DNA of 64,000 nt, taken from NCBI GenBank assembly GCA_000002435.2, contig CM018791.1; one strand, 5' to 3'. Source of the stretch: Giardia intestinalis (taxonomy: Eukaryota). Positions 43,270-52,433 of this stretch are shown one piece after another. Both the position numbers and the translations under genes were made by a program. The notes beneath the pieces were generated by a model. The model saw nothing but the letters and a program-made list of their open reading frames with translations, was not told the origin of the DNA and ran no database searches. The first letter of the stretch is position 1; the number at the start of each line of letters is the position of its first letter.

Positions 43270-44307
43270 ATGCCTGTTCTGACCCCCATAGGCGAGCTGG
43301 CAGAGAGTCTCTACAATGCGCTTAACCTCGTAGATTTTCAGGGAGCCGTAGCACTGGGATCAAGGTATCCGGCAGACCAAAGGGACAAGGTCCTTCCGCT
43401 GTTCATCACGAGGTATGGCGAGCTGCCCTCTGATATGATAGATAGGCTTTTTAAGCCACCGCAGAGAACAATCCTTGCTTATCTGTGGTCTCAGAAGCAC
43501 GAGGTGCGGGCGGCAATCCTTCTAAATGCAATCCGCACTTCGGATTATTCTACCATGATAGATCTGATTTTTCTTTCGTCGCACTCTGACTGGGAGTCTA
43601 TCCGCACACACTACACCAAAATGTGCGGTAGACAACTTGATGCCGATATCATCGGCAGCGTCAAGCCGAGTAAAAAGGAGGCTGCCCCAATATGGCCAGC
43701 TCTTGCCGAGGCCTGGCTACGTGGGACGCGTTCTGAGCGATACAATCCAGCAAACGAATCAGTACAGCTGGTGAATGCCATCAAACGGAAGGATTTCTCT
43801 GCCATAATATGGCTGATTGCCAATACGGTGTCCAGCGAGTGGGAAAAGATCGTTGCCATTACAGAGGAGGCCCTTGGGAGTACCCTTGAGGAGTTCTTTC
43901 TATGCAATCTTTCGTACGCAGATTGTGCGGCTTTCAGCATGGGTACAGGCGCTTTGATTAATCCCGGCCTTGGGGCAGCATTCGCCATATCCCGGGCCTG
44001 CTTTACGAATTACGAAGGAAAAGGGAAAGACACCCCCAAGGTGGAAAGGTCGGCCTCCAGACAGATGAAGGGATCAAAAAAGTTGAAAACTGGTACAATA
44101 AAGTTCGAGGAGACCCGCTCTTCCAAGAAGGGTGCAGAGTACAAGGGAGATGTGTCCCGACTAATCCGTGTATCGTCTCTCTTCTTCGACTCTTGTAATA
44201 AATGTAAGTTCTTCTATCGCAAGTACGGATCACTAGCAGCAGATCTGCGCTCTGGATTCGCGCCACCTTTATGCGAGGCCTTCATGCGGCTCTGGGATGT
44301 GGATTAG
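43270..44307 (+). CDS. Alpha-giardin family paralog (345 aa) with a lysine-rich insertion of ~42 aa in the last repeat
   Basis: Same fold as the gene 51 bp upstream. The extra segment DTPKVERSASRQMKGSKKLKTGTIKFEETRSSKKGAEYKGDV lies between ...NYEGKGK and SRLIRVSSLFFDSCNKCKFFYRKYG. Confidence 0.75.
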   Translation: MPVLTPIGELAESLYNALNLVDFQGAVALGSRYPADQRDKVLPLFITRYGELPSDMIDRLFKPPQRTILAYLWSQKHEVRAAILLNAIRTSDYSTMIDLIFLSSHSDWESIRTHYTKMCGRQLDADIIGSVKPSKKEAAPIWPALAEAWLRGTRSERYNPANESVQLVNAIKRKDFSAIIWLIANTVSSEWEKIVAITEEALGSTLEEFFLCNLSYADCAAFSMGTGALINPGLGAAFAISRACFTNYEGKGKDTPKVERSASRQMKGSKKLKTGTIKFEETRSSKKGAEYKGDVSRLIRVSSLFFDSCNKCKFFYRKYGSLAADLRSGFAPPLCEAFMRLWDVD

Positions 44308-44353
44308 TGCTTCGCTGTTAAACAGGGTAAACTGACGGACTTTAAAATTTTGG

Positions 44354-47300
44354 ATGCCCGCTCCGGTCTACTCTCACCAGCTAGACCGTGCACAGCCAGC
44401 GCAAAATGGAACACACTATCATCCATATGCAAAAGATGATAACATTCGCATTGAAGATCTCCAACAGCCGTCTGTTCAACTTCAGGGCAGAGATAACTAT
44501 GCAAATTTGCAGTCCATGAATGATGATCTAATGGCTTGCATATCAAACTCAGAATACACTCTAAGCAGTATTAGGCGTGACATGCAGAATCAAGCAAGGG
44601 CTTTGGGTACTAAGGCCAGCGTAAATCCAGAACTCAACGGTACTTCAAGTCCACAACAGCTAGGCCTTTCTAGGGGAGCGTCTCGCGGCGTCTCAGCAAC
44701 AACACCATCTAGACGCTACCATGACCAGGCCGACCCTCGTCCCATAGTTAGAGAGCGGCCCATGTCAGCTGACTCTGTGCGGTCTAACCTGGGCATCGCA
44801 ACCACAGAGAGCAGTGATCTCGAGGATCTGTTCATGCTTACCCCTCGATCATATGGTGTACTGGCCTCACAGCAGCCGGATTTTGCGTCATCACAGCACA
44901 TTCAGCAACGCGGGCATCGAGTTGCCAACAACAAGGATCTGTCACAGTACTATGAGGAGATAGACGCCGTAACAGCATTCAACGAGGGAATCATGCGTGA
45001 GAAGGCAGTTACAATAGATGCGTTAGAAAGGAACCTCAAGACTCTGAAGGTGGAACTAAACATAAAGGACAGGGAGATGGCTGCTGCAAGAGAACGGATA
45101 GCAGAGCTTGTTAAGGAGGTTACAGAGCGTGACAGCGAGATAAAAGGCCTCAAACATAAATTAGAAAATGTTAAACACAACGCAGAGCGGTTTATTCTGG
45201 CACGCGATGAGGAGATCGCACGTTTGGCTGAGGAGCTGGAGCAGATGGATGAGCACTATCAGCAGAAGATGAAATTGAAAGACTCTAAGCTCCACGCACA
45301 GCACGAAGAGCTAGTTCTTTTAACTGCTAAGGATGATGAAATAGCAGGACTTAGAAGCAAGCTATCGGTCCTTACAGAGCAGCTAGAGCACACAGAAAAC
45401 ACGTTTAAGGCAATAGTCAAGAGCAAAGATGAGCAGATAGAGACGCTGAAGGCCGATGTTCATGCTAAGCGTGACTATAGCCTTGAGCTCCAGCGCATCC
45501 ACGAAAGTCTATCTCAAGTTCGCAAGGACTGTGAGGAGCAGTTGCATCAGAAAGATGCCGAACTTTCCAAGCAGCGGGAGCAAGTGGAGACTGCTGAGAA
45601 GGAAAGGAGTTTGCTAGAAAATGAAGTTACTTCACTAAAGGCCATTGTAGAAAAGCAGGAGGATCTGGTTATCAAGCTCAAGGGGCAATTGGAGCGCAGT
45701 AATCCAGACGTTGAGCGACTGCAGCAGGAGCTCGATACTCTTCGAATAGAGTCACAGAAGGCTATTTCGGCCAAGGTCATAGAAGCTGAAGAGTTGAAGA
45801 GCAAGATTCACACATTAACGACTGAAATGCTCATGCTACCGACGCAGGAAGATATCCTTGAGGCACGAAACGAGGTTTCCAAGGTCACTGCATCTATGGC
45901 TGCCATGATTAAGACAAAAGATGCAGAGATCCTCAGTCTGAGGAGAAAGCTTGAAGACTATGTTGAACTATCGGAAGTTCAGCGACTGAAGGGAGAGCTT
46001 ACTCTTTCTAAGGCAGCGCTGGCAGATACCATTGTACAGAAGACGGCAGAAATCAGAGACTTGAAAGAGGAGATGGCAATTCTTCAAATCGATGAACATG
46101 CATCTGGAGCTCCTTCTGATGGTGGCAGCTTTGATGACAAGTTAAAGGACTTGGAGTCTAGTCAGAATGCGCTCGAAGTATCACTAGGCACGCAAGTTGA
46201 ACTAGGAGCGCTAAAGCGAATTTATAAGGAGGCGATGCTCGCCAGGGACCACCAGATTAAAACTCTTTCCCAGAGGATCAATGACGCAGACGCAGAGCTT
46301 GCCACTTATCGTGAGCGCATTGCTCATCTTGAAAGCACCTCGAAGGAAGCGCCCCATATGCAAGAACGTCCTGCTACAGATTCTGCTTCACCAGCCATCC
46401 ACGACCTGAGAAGCGAACTACAAAGCGTTAAGGACGCCATGGCTGCTGCAATGGTCCGTAATATGCGAGAAGTGGCTACCCTAGAACACCAAATAAACCA
46501 ACTGAAAGGTGAGAATGAGTCACTAAGGATAAAGAGGGACGATACCGTGGAGACTGTATCAATAGGCATCTGTTGTGAGCCTGAGGAGCAGAACGGTCGC
46601 GTGTCCTTTGAAGCGAGATATGCAAAATGTAGTCAGGAAAATGAGCGCCTCTCCAATGAGCTTCAGCTTATTGCACAGGAGCTGGCTAAGACACGGACGG
46701 CGTATTCAGACGTCATGAAGCAACTCAGCGGTCTGAACACAGAGCTGCTAATCACAAGAAACCAGGCTAGCGACGCGCTCAACACTCAGGCCCTTCTGGA
46801 GTCTACTCTGCAGGAGTATGAAAGGGAGGTAAGGACGCTGCGCGGTAGTCTTGAGAGCTCACTCCAGCAAAACAGAGAAGCCGATAGTGTCAACACTAAG
46901 TTGCAGGAGAGCCTCTCAGAGTCCCAGCTCTACGATCTTCAGCAAAAACTAGAGAAGTCACAGGCAGATTTAGAGCGACTGCGGGACGACTATAGCACCA
47001 TGCAAGCAACTAAGGATATGGTCATTCACAAGATCTCATCAGAGGTTATCCATCAACGCGAAATGGTTGACTTAGCCGGAGAAGACATGAACAGAAGGCT
47101 AAAGGAGGCCGAGGAAACAGTAGAAAGGCTCAATAACGAGCTTCTGACACAAAAAGAGGAGTTTGTGACGGTCGTGACAGATCTAGAACAGCAAGTGGAG
47201 AAGCTAAGCGCAGAATTACAAGGATCTCGTGAGTCTAATGAAGCCCTGATTGCACGGATGATGCGTGACATTACAGGCCTAGAAAAGGAGCGTAGCGATT

Positions 47301-49567
47301 TGGAGTCACAGCTGGAGACGGCGAAAGCCACATCCACGACTATTATAAAGGGCCTAGAAGATCAGGTGGCACAGTATGAGCAGAGGATTACAGACTCTCA
47401 ACAGGCTACCATGACCTCACAGAGCTCTGATAGACAACTTATCGAGGCCCTCACTGCTGAGCTATTCACAAACAAAGAGAAGGCCAATAAGACCATAAGT
47501 GATCTTACGGACAAGCTGAATGAGTTGCAAGAGAGGCTGAACGAGGAGAAAGAGGCAAGTGTGATCACTGTAACGCGCCTAACCAGCCAAAATAGCAATC
47601 TCATGTCTGCGACATCTAATCTTACCAAAGAATTGGAAATAACAAAAGAGTCTCTCCGCACAGTTACAGAAGAGTTGACCGGACAGATGTCAAAGATACA
47701 GCTTGATGCCAAGGAGCGAGAGCAGCTGCTTCAAAGCAAGCTTGACGAGGTTACAGCTGAAGCCGAAGCAGCTGCTATGCGCCTTCACGAGCAAGTGACT
47801 CAAAAGGACAGCGAGATAAGACAGCTTACCGATGCGCTAGCTGAGTCTGCTCTACATTTGGAGAAATTAGACACAGAGAGCAAGCAAACGATATCACAAC
47901 TAGTCAGCGAGCTGGCGGAGGCACGGGAAACCATCCAGTTCATTGAGCAAAAAAACCAGCGGGATATGTCCGAAATCAGAAACAGCATTGCTACCTTCAA
48001 GGAGACAACTATAGAGTCTCAAAGGCAACACGCTTTAGATCTAGAGCATAAGGACGCAACGATCGCGCAGTTATCCAATGAACTAGAAAGCATCAAGCAA
48101 GCCATGGAATCTGCTAATTCAGCGCATCAAGCAGTGCTTGAAAAGGTAATGAAAGAGTCTGGCGAGTTAGCTCTTCAAAACAGCAAGTTGAAGACTGAAA
48201 TCCGAGAGCTACATGAACAGTTTGCCAAGACTAATGAAGAGGCTCAGCTGGCCTTTCGTGATCAAATGGAAGGAGCTGATGTGAGAATAGGAGAGCTTCG
48301 GGCACAGGTGGAAGCACTTCAAAAGGATCTGGAGAAGATGACGGTTTCGCGAGACGTCCTCTTAGATAAGCTTTCAGCAACGCATACGAAGAACGAGACG
48401 GATTCGGTAAAGCAAGGAGTTCCTGACTACGATGCCCTATTGAGCATGAGCCAAAGTATTCTCAGCAAAGACGAAGAGATCACGACCCTACGCTCACAAG
48501 TAGAGCTCATGAATAGTAAGCTTATAGCCGAAGAGGAAAATAACAAAAGGGTTGTTGACCACCTGCAAGGAGCAATAGAAGTCATGAACACTCAATACGA
48601 GGAGCTCAGAAGCATGAAGGACTCTGTTATAGAACGGTTGACCCGCCAGGTGAGGAGCACCAGCTCACGAATGCCATCCAGACCAGATTCTGCTGCATCC
48701 TCGAGGCGGGGGTCCTCTGTTGTCAACGAAGCAGATCACAATAAGAAAATTCACGCTTTAACAAAGGAATTGAAGGAGGCCAAGGAGATCTTTATGTACA
48801 CTGTTAGTATGAAAAATGATGAGATAGAACGCCTGAAGGAACAGCTAAAAGAAAAGGAGGAATTCATAATGAGCTTGTCTGTGGGCAGTGTGCTTGCAGA
48901 AAGCTCAAGAAGGCCAACCGAGGAGCTTCTAGAGATCAAGCGTGGGATAAAAGAAAGCGCTTTTCACGCAGAGGATATTTCATGGGAACTTGAGGATTTG
49001 CAGCGGCAAAACTTAGAATTACGCGCCGAGATAGCAGCGCTTACAGAGAAGCAGGCCCTTGTTCCCGAAGCGTCAACACCACGAGGAATCACCGATATAA
49101 CTGGGTCCGCTCAGTCTGCTATGTGTAGCGCCTCCATGGTTGACTCGCTTGCAGCGCTTCACGCGGACCTGAAAGCAAAGGATGAAACAATCCTCAGTCT
49201 ACAAGGTAAGCTCGCGATGGCGCAAGAGGAGCGAGAGGCGAAGCTTACCCAATTGTCGAGAGAACTGGAGCAAACAAAAAGAGCTTTGAGGGACAAGGTT
49301 GATGAGATTGTTAACCTATTAGCTATCATAGACCGTGTGAAAACAGAGTATGAGAATTACCGGGCAAGTACCGCCGTTGAGCTTTCCGGGCTCCGAACTG
49401 CGTTAGAAAAGTATCGAGGAAGTAAAGAAATAGATGCTTCTGATGTACGGATAGCTGAGCTGGAGGCAGCACTGGAAGCAGCTAAAGAGCAACTTAGCGA
49501 GGTTCTAAAGACTAAAAATGAAGAAATCGAACAACTAAGCATTCGGCTCGCAGCTAGAAGTATTTAG
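44354..49567 (+). CDS. Very large coiled-coil protein (1737 aa), probably cytoskeletal/axoneme-associated
   Basis: ATG after the AT-rich ttaaaattttgg. About 1,500 residues of uninterrupted E/K/L/Q-rich heptad sequence. The minus-strand serine-rich ORFs inside it are antisense artefacts. Confidence 0.7.
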   Translation: MPAPVYSHQLDRAQPAQNGTHYHPYAKDDNIRIEDLQQPSVQLQGRDNYANLQSMNDDLMACISNSEYTLSSIRRDMQNQARALGTKASVNPELNGTSSPQQLGLSRGASRGVSATTPSRRYHDQADPRPIVRERPMSADSVRSNLGIATTESSDLEDLFMLTPRSYGVLASQQPDFASSQHIQQRGHRVANNKDLSQYYEEIDAVTAFNEGIMREKAVTIDALERNLKTLKVELNIKDREMAAARERIAELVKEVTERDSEIKGLKHKLENVKHNAERFILARDEEIARLAEELEQMDEHYQQKMKLKDSKLHAQHEELVLLTAKDDEIAGLRSKLSVLTEQLEHTENTFKAIVKSKDEQIETLKADVHAKRDYSLELQRIHESLSQVRKDCEEQLHQKDAELSKQREQVETAEKERSLLENEVTSLKAIVEKQEDLVIKLKGQLERSNPDVERLQQELDTLRIESQKAISAKVIEAEELKSKIHTLTTEMLMLPTQEDILEARNEVSKVTASMAAMIKTKDAEILSLRRKLEDYVELSEVQRLKGELTLSKAALADTIVQKTAEIRDLKEEMAILQIDEHASGAPSDGGSFDDKLKDLESSQNALEVSLGTQVELGALKRIYKEAMLARDHQIKTLSQRINDADAELATYRERIAHLESTSKEAPHMQERPATDSASPAIHDLRSELQSVKDAMAAAMVRNMREVATLEHQINQLKGENESLRIKRDDTVETVSIGICCEPEEQNGRVSFEARYAKCSQENERLSNELQLIAQELAKTRTAYSDVMKQLSGLNTELLITRNQASDALNTQALLESTLQEYEREVRTLRGSLESSLQQNREADSVNTKLQESLSESQLYDLQQKLEKSQADLERLRDDYSTMQATKDMVIHKISSEVIHQREMVDLAGEDMNRRLKEAEETVERLNNELLTQKEEFVTVVTDLEQQVEKLSAELQGSRESNEALIARMMRDITGLEKERSDLESQLETAKATSTTIIKGLEDQVAQYEQRITDSQQATMTSQSSDRQLIEALTAELFTNKEKANKTISDLTDKLNELQERLNEEKEASVITVTRLTSQNSNLMSATSNLTKELEITKESLRTVTEELTGQMSKIQLDAKEREQLLQSKLDEVTAEAEAAAMRLHEQVTQKDSEIRQLTDALAESALHLEKLDTESKQTISQLVSELAEARETIQFIEQKNQRDMSEIRNSIATFKETTIESQRQHALDLEHKDATIAQLSNELESIKQAMESANSAHQAVLEKVMKESGELALQNSKLKTEIRELHEQFAKTNEEAQLAFRDQMEGADVRIGELRAQVEALQKDLEKMTVSRDVLLDKLSATHTKNETDSVKQGVPDYDALLSMSQSILSKDEEITTLRSQVELMNSKLIAEEENNKRVVDHLQGAIEVMNTQYEELRSMKDSVIERLTRQVRSTSSRMPSRPDSAASSRRGSSVVNEADHNKKIHALTKELKEAKEIFMYTVSMKNDEIERLKEQLKEKEEFIMSLSVGSVLAESSRRPTEELLEIKRGIKESAFHAEDISWELEDLQRQNLELRAEIAALTEKQALVPEASTPRGITDITGSAQSAMCSASMVDSLAALHADLKAKDETILSLQGKLAMAQEEREAKLTQLSRELEQTKRALRDKVDEIVNLLAIIDRVKTEYENYRASTAVELSGLRTALEKYRGSKEIDASDVRIAELEAALEAAKEQLSEVLKTKNEEIEQLSIRLAARSI

Positions 49568-49572
49568 ACCAC

Positions 49573-50535
49573 TTAAGATATTCCTTCAACCTTATGAGAG
49601 ATGAATCCAGACTTGCAGCATGGACAGACTGCACGATCGGTAACTGATTCATAGACATCTAAGCAGTTACTATGGAATAAGGCACTACAACAAGAAACAG
49701 TTGAGACTGTGCAAGAGTCTTTCTCGGAGTCTGATGCTAGACTGATGAACGGTCCCTTGTATTCAAAGCTTTCAAAGCAGATGGGACATGCCATACTTTG
49801 ACGTTGACGTGTCTTCTCAATAACAGAGATCCAGTTGACTGCACGTGTGGCCATGAATGCTTCGAAGAGATCGTTAGTCTCATCTATTTCCTTTTGCAAG
49901 CGCCCTAACTCGCTGTCTAGCTTAACTCTTTGAGTAAGCAAGTAAGAATTCATATTATCTGCAGCGTGCTCTAGCTCTGCAACCAGAGCCCCTGTACTGC
50001 GCTTGCGAAGGGCTCTGTAACAGCGGCGTCCAAAATATCCCCGTATTGCTGCCTGGATGTCTCTGGCTGCTGAGATGCACATGTATGATTTCAAAAAGGA
50101 AGATTCGCGCATATTAGCAGGTGTCATACAAACTGGGCAACACCACCGAGCCTTCGACTGGGTCATCCAATTTACGAAGCACTCCTTATGAACTGCATGG
50201 CTGCAAGAAGAACATAGCATTTCAGAAGAGCCGAAGCGCTGAAGACATATAGGACAATGCCGTTCTTCCCGGACGATCCACTTTAATTCAGCTCTCCTCC
50301 ACTCTTCATCGGTCAATGGGGGAGGAAGAGTAGACGGCACAAGCTTCATGCGCTCTGCCCGCGTGCTTGGAGCTTGGCTATCGGTTGTAAACCTTGCTTT
50401 TTGGACAACACTGAAGCCTGGCTTCAGACCCATCTTGTGGAGATTATGAGACATCAGCGCTGATGATGCAGTGGCGACAGACCCTGACAAGCTTTTCAGG
50501 AGTTTCTGGGTAGAGAAGGATAAAGTAGGCCGCAT
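49573..50535 (-). CDS. RNF32-like protein: two RING-H2 fingers plus an IQ motif
   Basis: First finger: CPICLQRF...CSHAVHKECFVNWMT...CPVC. Second finger: CPICFESF...CCSALFHSNCLDVYE...CPCC. IQ motif: IQAAIRGYFGRRCYRALRK. ATG at 50533-50535 with AT-rich upstream DNA. Confidence 0.6.
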   Translation of the reverse strand: MRPTLSFSTQKLLKSLSGSVATASSALMSHNLHKMGLKPGFSVVQKARFTTDSQAPSTRAERMKLVPSTLPPPLTDEEWRRAELKWIVREERHCPICLQRFGSSEMLCSSCSHAVHKECFVNWMTQSKARWCCPVCMTPANMRESSFLKSYMCISAARDIQAAIRGYFGRRCYRALRKRSTGALVAELEHAADNMNSYLLTQRVKLDSELGRLQKEIDETNDLFEAFMATRAVNWISVIEKTRQRQSMACPICFESFEYKGPFISLASDSEKDSCTVSTVSCCSALFHSNCLDVYESVTDRAVCPCCKSGFISHKVEGIS

Positions 50536-51540
50536 GAAATGCCCGATTTGTTAATATTTACTATTACGCAAAATATACAGGAACAAAGATGGTCCCCTTG
50601 AAGAGGCCAGTGAAGAAGATAGTTCCCTCCCTGCCCACAGAGTCTACGTGACGCTACGGGCTCTTATTGCTGAAGTACTTGCTGACTAATTAAACTAAGC
50701 TCTTTGATAGAAAATAGATCATCGCACTACATAGGAGAATTGCATGCACAATAGCCTTACCGGCAGATAGGTAAAAAGCGAATGAAAAATTGTATTGTAC
50801 TATGAGCCAAACTTTATCTTATAAAGATTGAGGAATCCCAGGTAATATATAACGGTTTGAATGCCAGCAAGATTCGCGACCGCAGAGCACACTGCAATCT
50901 GGCGACTGGTTTGGCCATGCCGCTTCTTTATCCGTTAGAAACTCGGCTGGGAGCGACAAAGAGCACGTCGGGAGAACCCGGTGGGAGGGGACAGGCGGGG
51001 CTTTCTGCGCCACGGGGGGAACCACCGCAGGAGGACGTGCAGGCACGCAAGCCAGGCCACAGTAGACACGCGGGCGCCCCTGTAGACCGGGCCGGCAGCA
51101 GGCGTCCGTAGAATCCGCGCCAGAGCCAGCTGCTCAAAAAACTGGGCAGCCCCTGGTCGTGTGCAAGCCTTGCAGAGCACTGCGGCCCCCGACACTCGGC
51201 GACCCCTCTCAGAGCGGAAGACCCCGCGGGCCGCAGGCAGCAGCTCGTCGTCGGCGATGCCCCGAACGAGGGGGACGGCCCCAGCCTGCCCGCCTCCGCA
51301 GAGCTCCGGGTATCTGTAGACAAACCGGGGCTGCGCAGGGTGCGGCTCTCCCTGGCGGCCGAGGGCAGGGGTCCCCGGCAATACCAAAAAACTCCGATCA
51401 ATACATCAGCCCCGGCGCCGCCGTGTGCAAAGCAGTCTGTTCTGTGTGGCGGCCCAAGCCAGCTCGTACTGCGGCGATGGCCCGGGTGAGGGCGCCCTGC
51501 TCGCCCGACGGACCGGGGCAGGCAGGCAACAAACACCCGC

Positions 51541-51623
51541 TAAAGCTTTTATGCAAGGCCTGTACATATTTAATTTCACATTATTCGTTGGTCTGTTTTT
51601 AGTTTTATCGCTGCTTCTATCGG
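51541..51623 (+). promoter_or_regulatory. AT-rich island (ttatgcaaggcctgtacatatttaatttcacattattcgttggtctgtttttagttttatcg) abutting an ATG inside the GC-rich arm, likely a Giardia promoter. Its mirror copy sits at 61462-61544 (-)
   Basis: This roughly 80-bp A/T-rich segment is the only one within more than 1.5 kb of GC-rich DNA. It ends right at the ATG at 51624. Confidence 0.4.
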
Positions 51624-52433
51624 ATGGGCTCTGGGGCAATGACGGCGGAGACGCGCGCCTCCGTTCTGCTCGAGCTCGCGAAGCAGGTCGTCGCTGCCCG
51701 GCGGCTGGGAGAGACGGCCGAGAGCCTCGCGCGGCGGCCGCTGCTCCTCCACCGGCACGTGCTCCGGACGGCCATCGACTGGAAGAAGATCGCCCGCGCC
51801 CTGTCCGAGGACCGGAGCAGGATCTACCACTGGTACCGCGAGACGCACTCGCGGAGCATCCTCAACGTGAAGATGACCGGCGAGGACCGCAGGGCCATCA
51901 AGGCGATGATCATCGCCGGGGTCAGGGACCGGAGCGTCCTGGGCCCGGACTTCTACCGCAGGGTCCACGAGCGCTTCGGGGCGAAGTATCCGCGCCAGGA
52001 GCTGCGGATGACGTACAACAACGCGCTCCGCACCCAGGACGTCCGCGCCGCCCTGGAGGAGCACGGGGTGGTGCTGCCGCGCCGCACATACGGCCCGAGG
52101 GCGGCCAGGCAGGAGGAGGAGGCATCTCCTGTGGCGGCCACTCCCCCGCCCCCCTGCGTTTTTGGTTGCGCCGCGCCTCCGCTGGTGCCGCCCGTCGGGG
52201 GGCCGGTCTTTGTGGTCCCGGGCGCGGTCTCTGCGCTTCTGCCCCCGCACGCGCCGGGGTGCCTCGTCCTCGCCCTCCCACCCGGGGTCGTTCCTGGGCC
52301 CGGCGTCCTCCCGCTCCAGACGGGCCAGGGCCTCCTTGGGCCGCCCGTTGCCTTCGCGTGCGTGCCATGCTTCCCCCCTGCGGGCTACGGGGGCGTCCCT
52401 GGGTGCGCTGATGCGAGCCCCAGTAAGGGTTGA
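51624..52433 (+). CDS. Arm-encoded putative DNA-binding protein (269 aa): an N-terminal ~170-aa HTH/Myb-like domain plus a Pro-rich tail
   Basis: ATG start directly downstream of the AT island. The N-terminal sequence is non-repetitive (LELAKQVVAARRLGETAESLARRPLLLHRHVLRTAIDWKKIARALSEDRSRIYHWYRETHSRSILNV...) with a W-x17-W spacing reminiscent of Myb/HTH domains. The C-terminus is P/G/V-rich. Coding status is uncertain because the surrounding GC-rich DNA is open in all six frames. Confidence 0.35.
   Translation: MGSGAMTAETRASVLLELAKQVVAARRLGETAESLARRPLLLHRHVLRTAIDWKKIARALSEDRSRIYHWYRETHSRSILNVKMTGEDRRAIKAMIIAGVRDRSVLGPDFYRRVHERFGAKYPRQELRMTYNNALRTQDVRAALEEHGVVLPRRTYGPRAARQEEEASPVAATPPPPCVFGCAAPPLVPPVGGPVFVVPGAVSALLPPHAPGCLVLALPPGVVPGPGVLPLQTGQGLLGPPVAFACVPCFPPAGYGGVPGCADASPSKG

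Noticed and set aside
44716-49542. Serine- and leucine-rich minus-strand ORFs of 60-100 aa inside the 1737-aa coiled-coil gene (for example 45547-45804, 47053-47337, 47398-47712)
   Set aside because: The antisense of E/K/L/Q-rich coiled-coil codons (GAG/AAG/CTG/CAG) is naturally open and Ser/Leu-rich, so these are artefacts.
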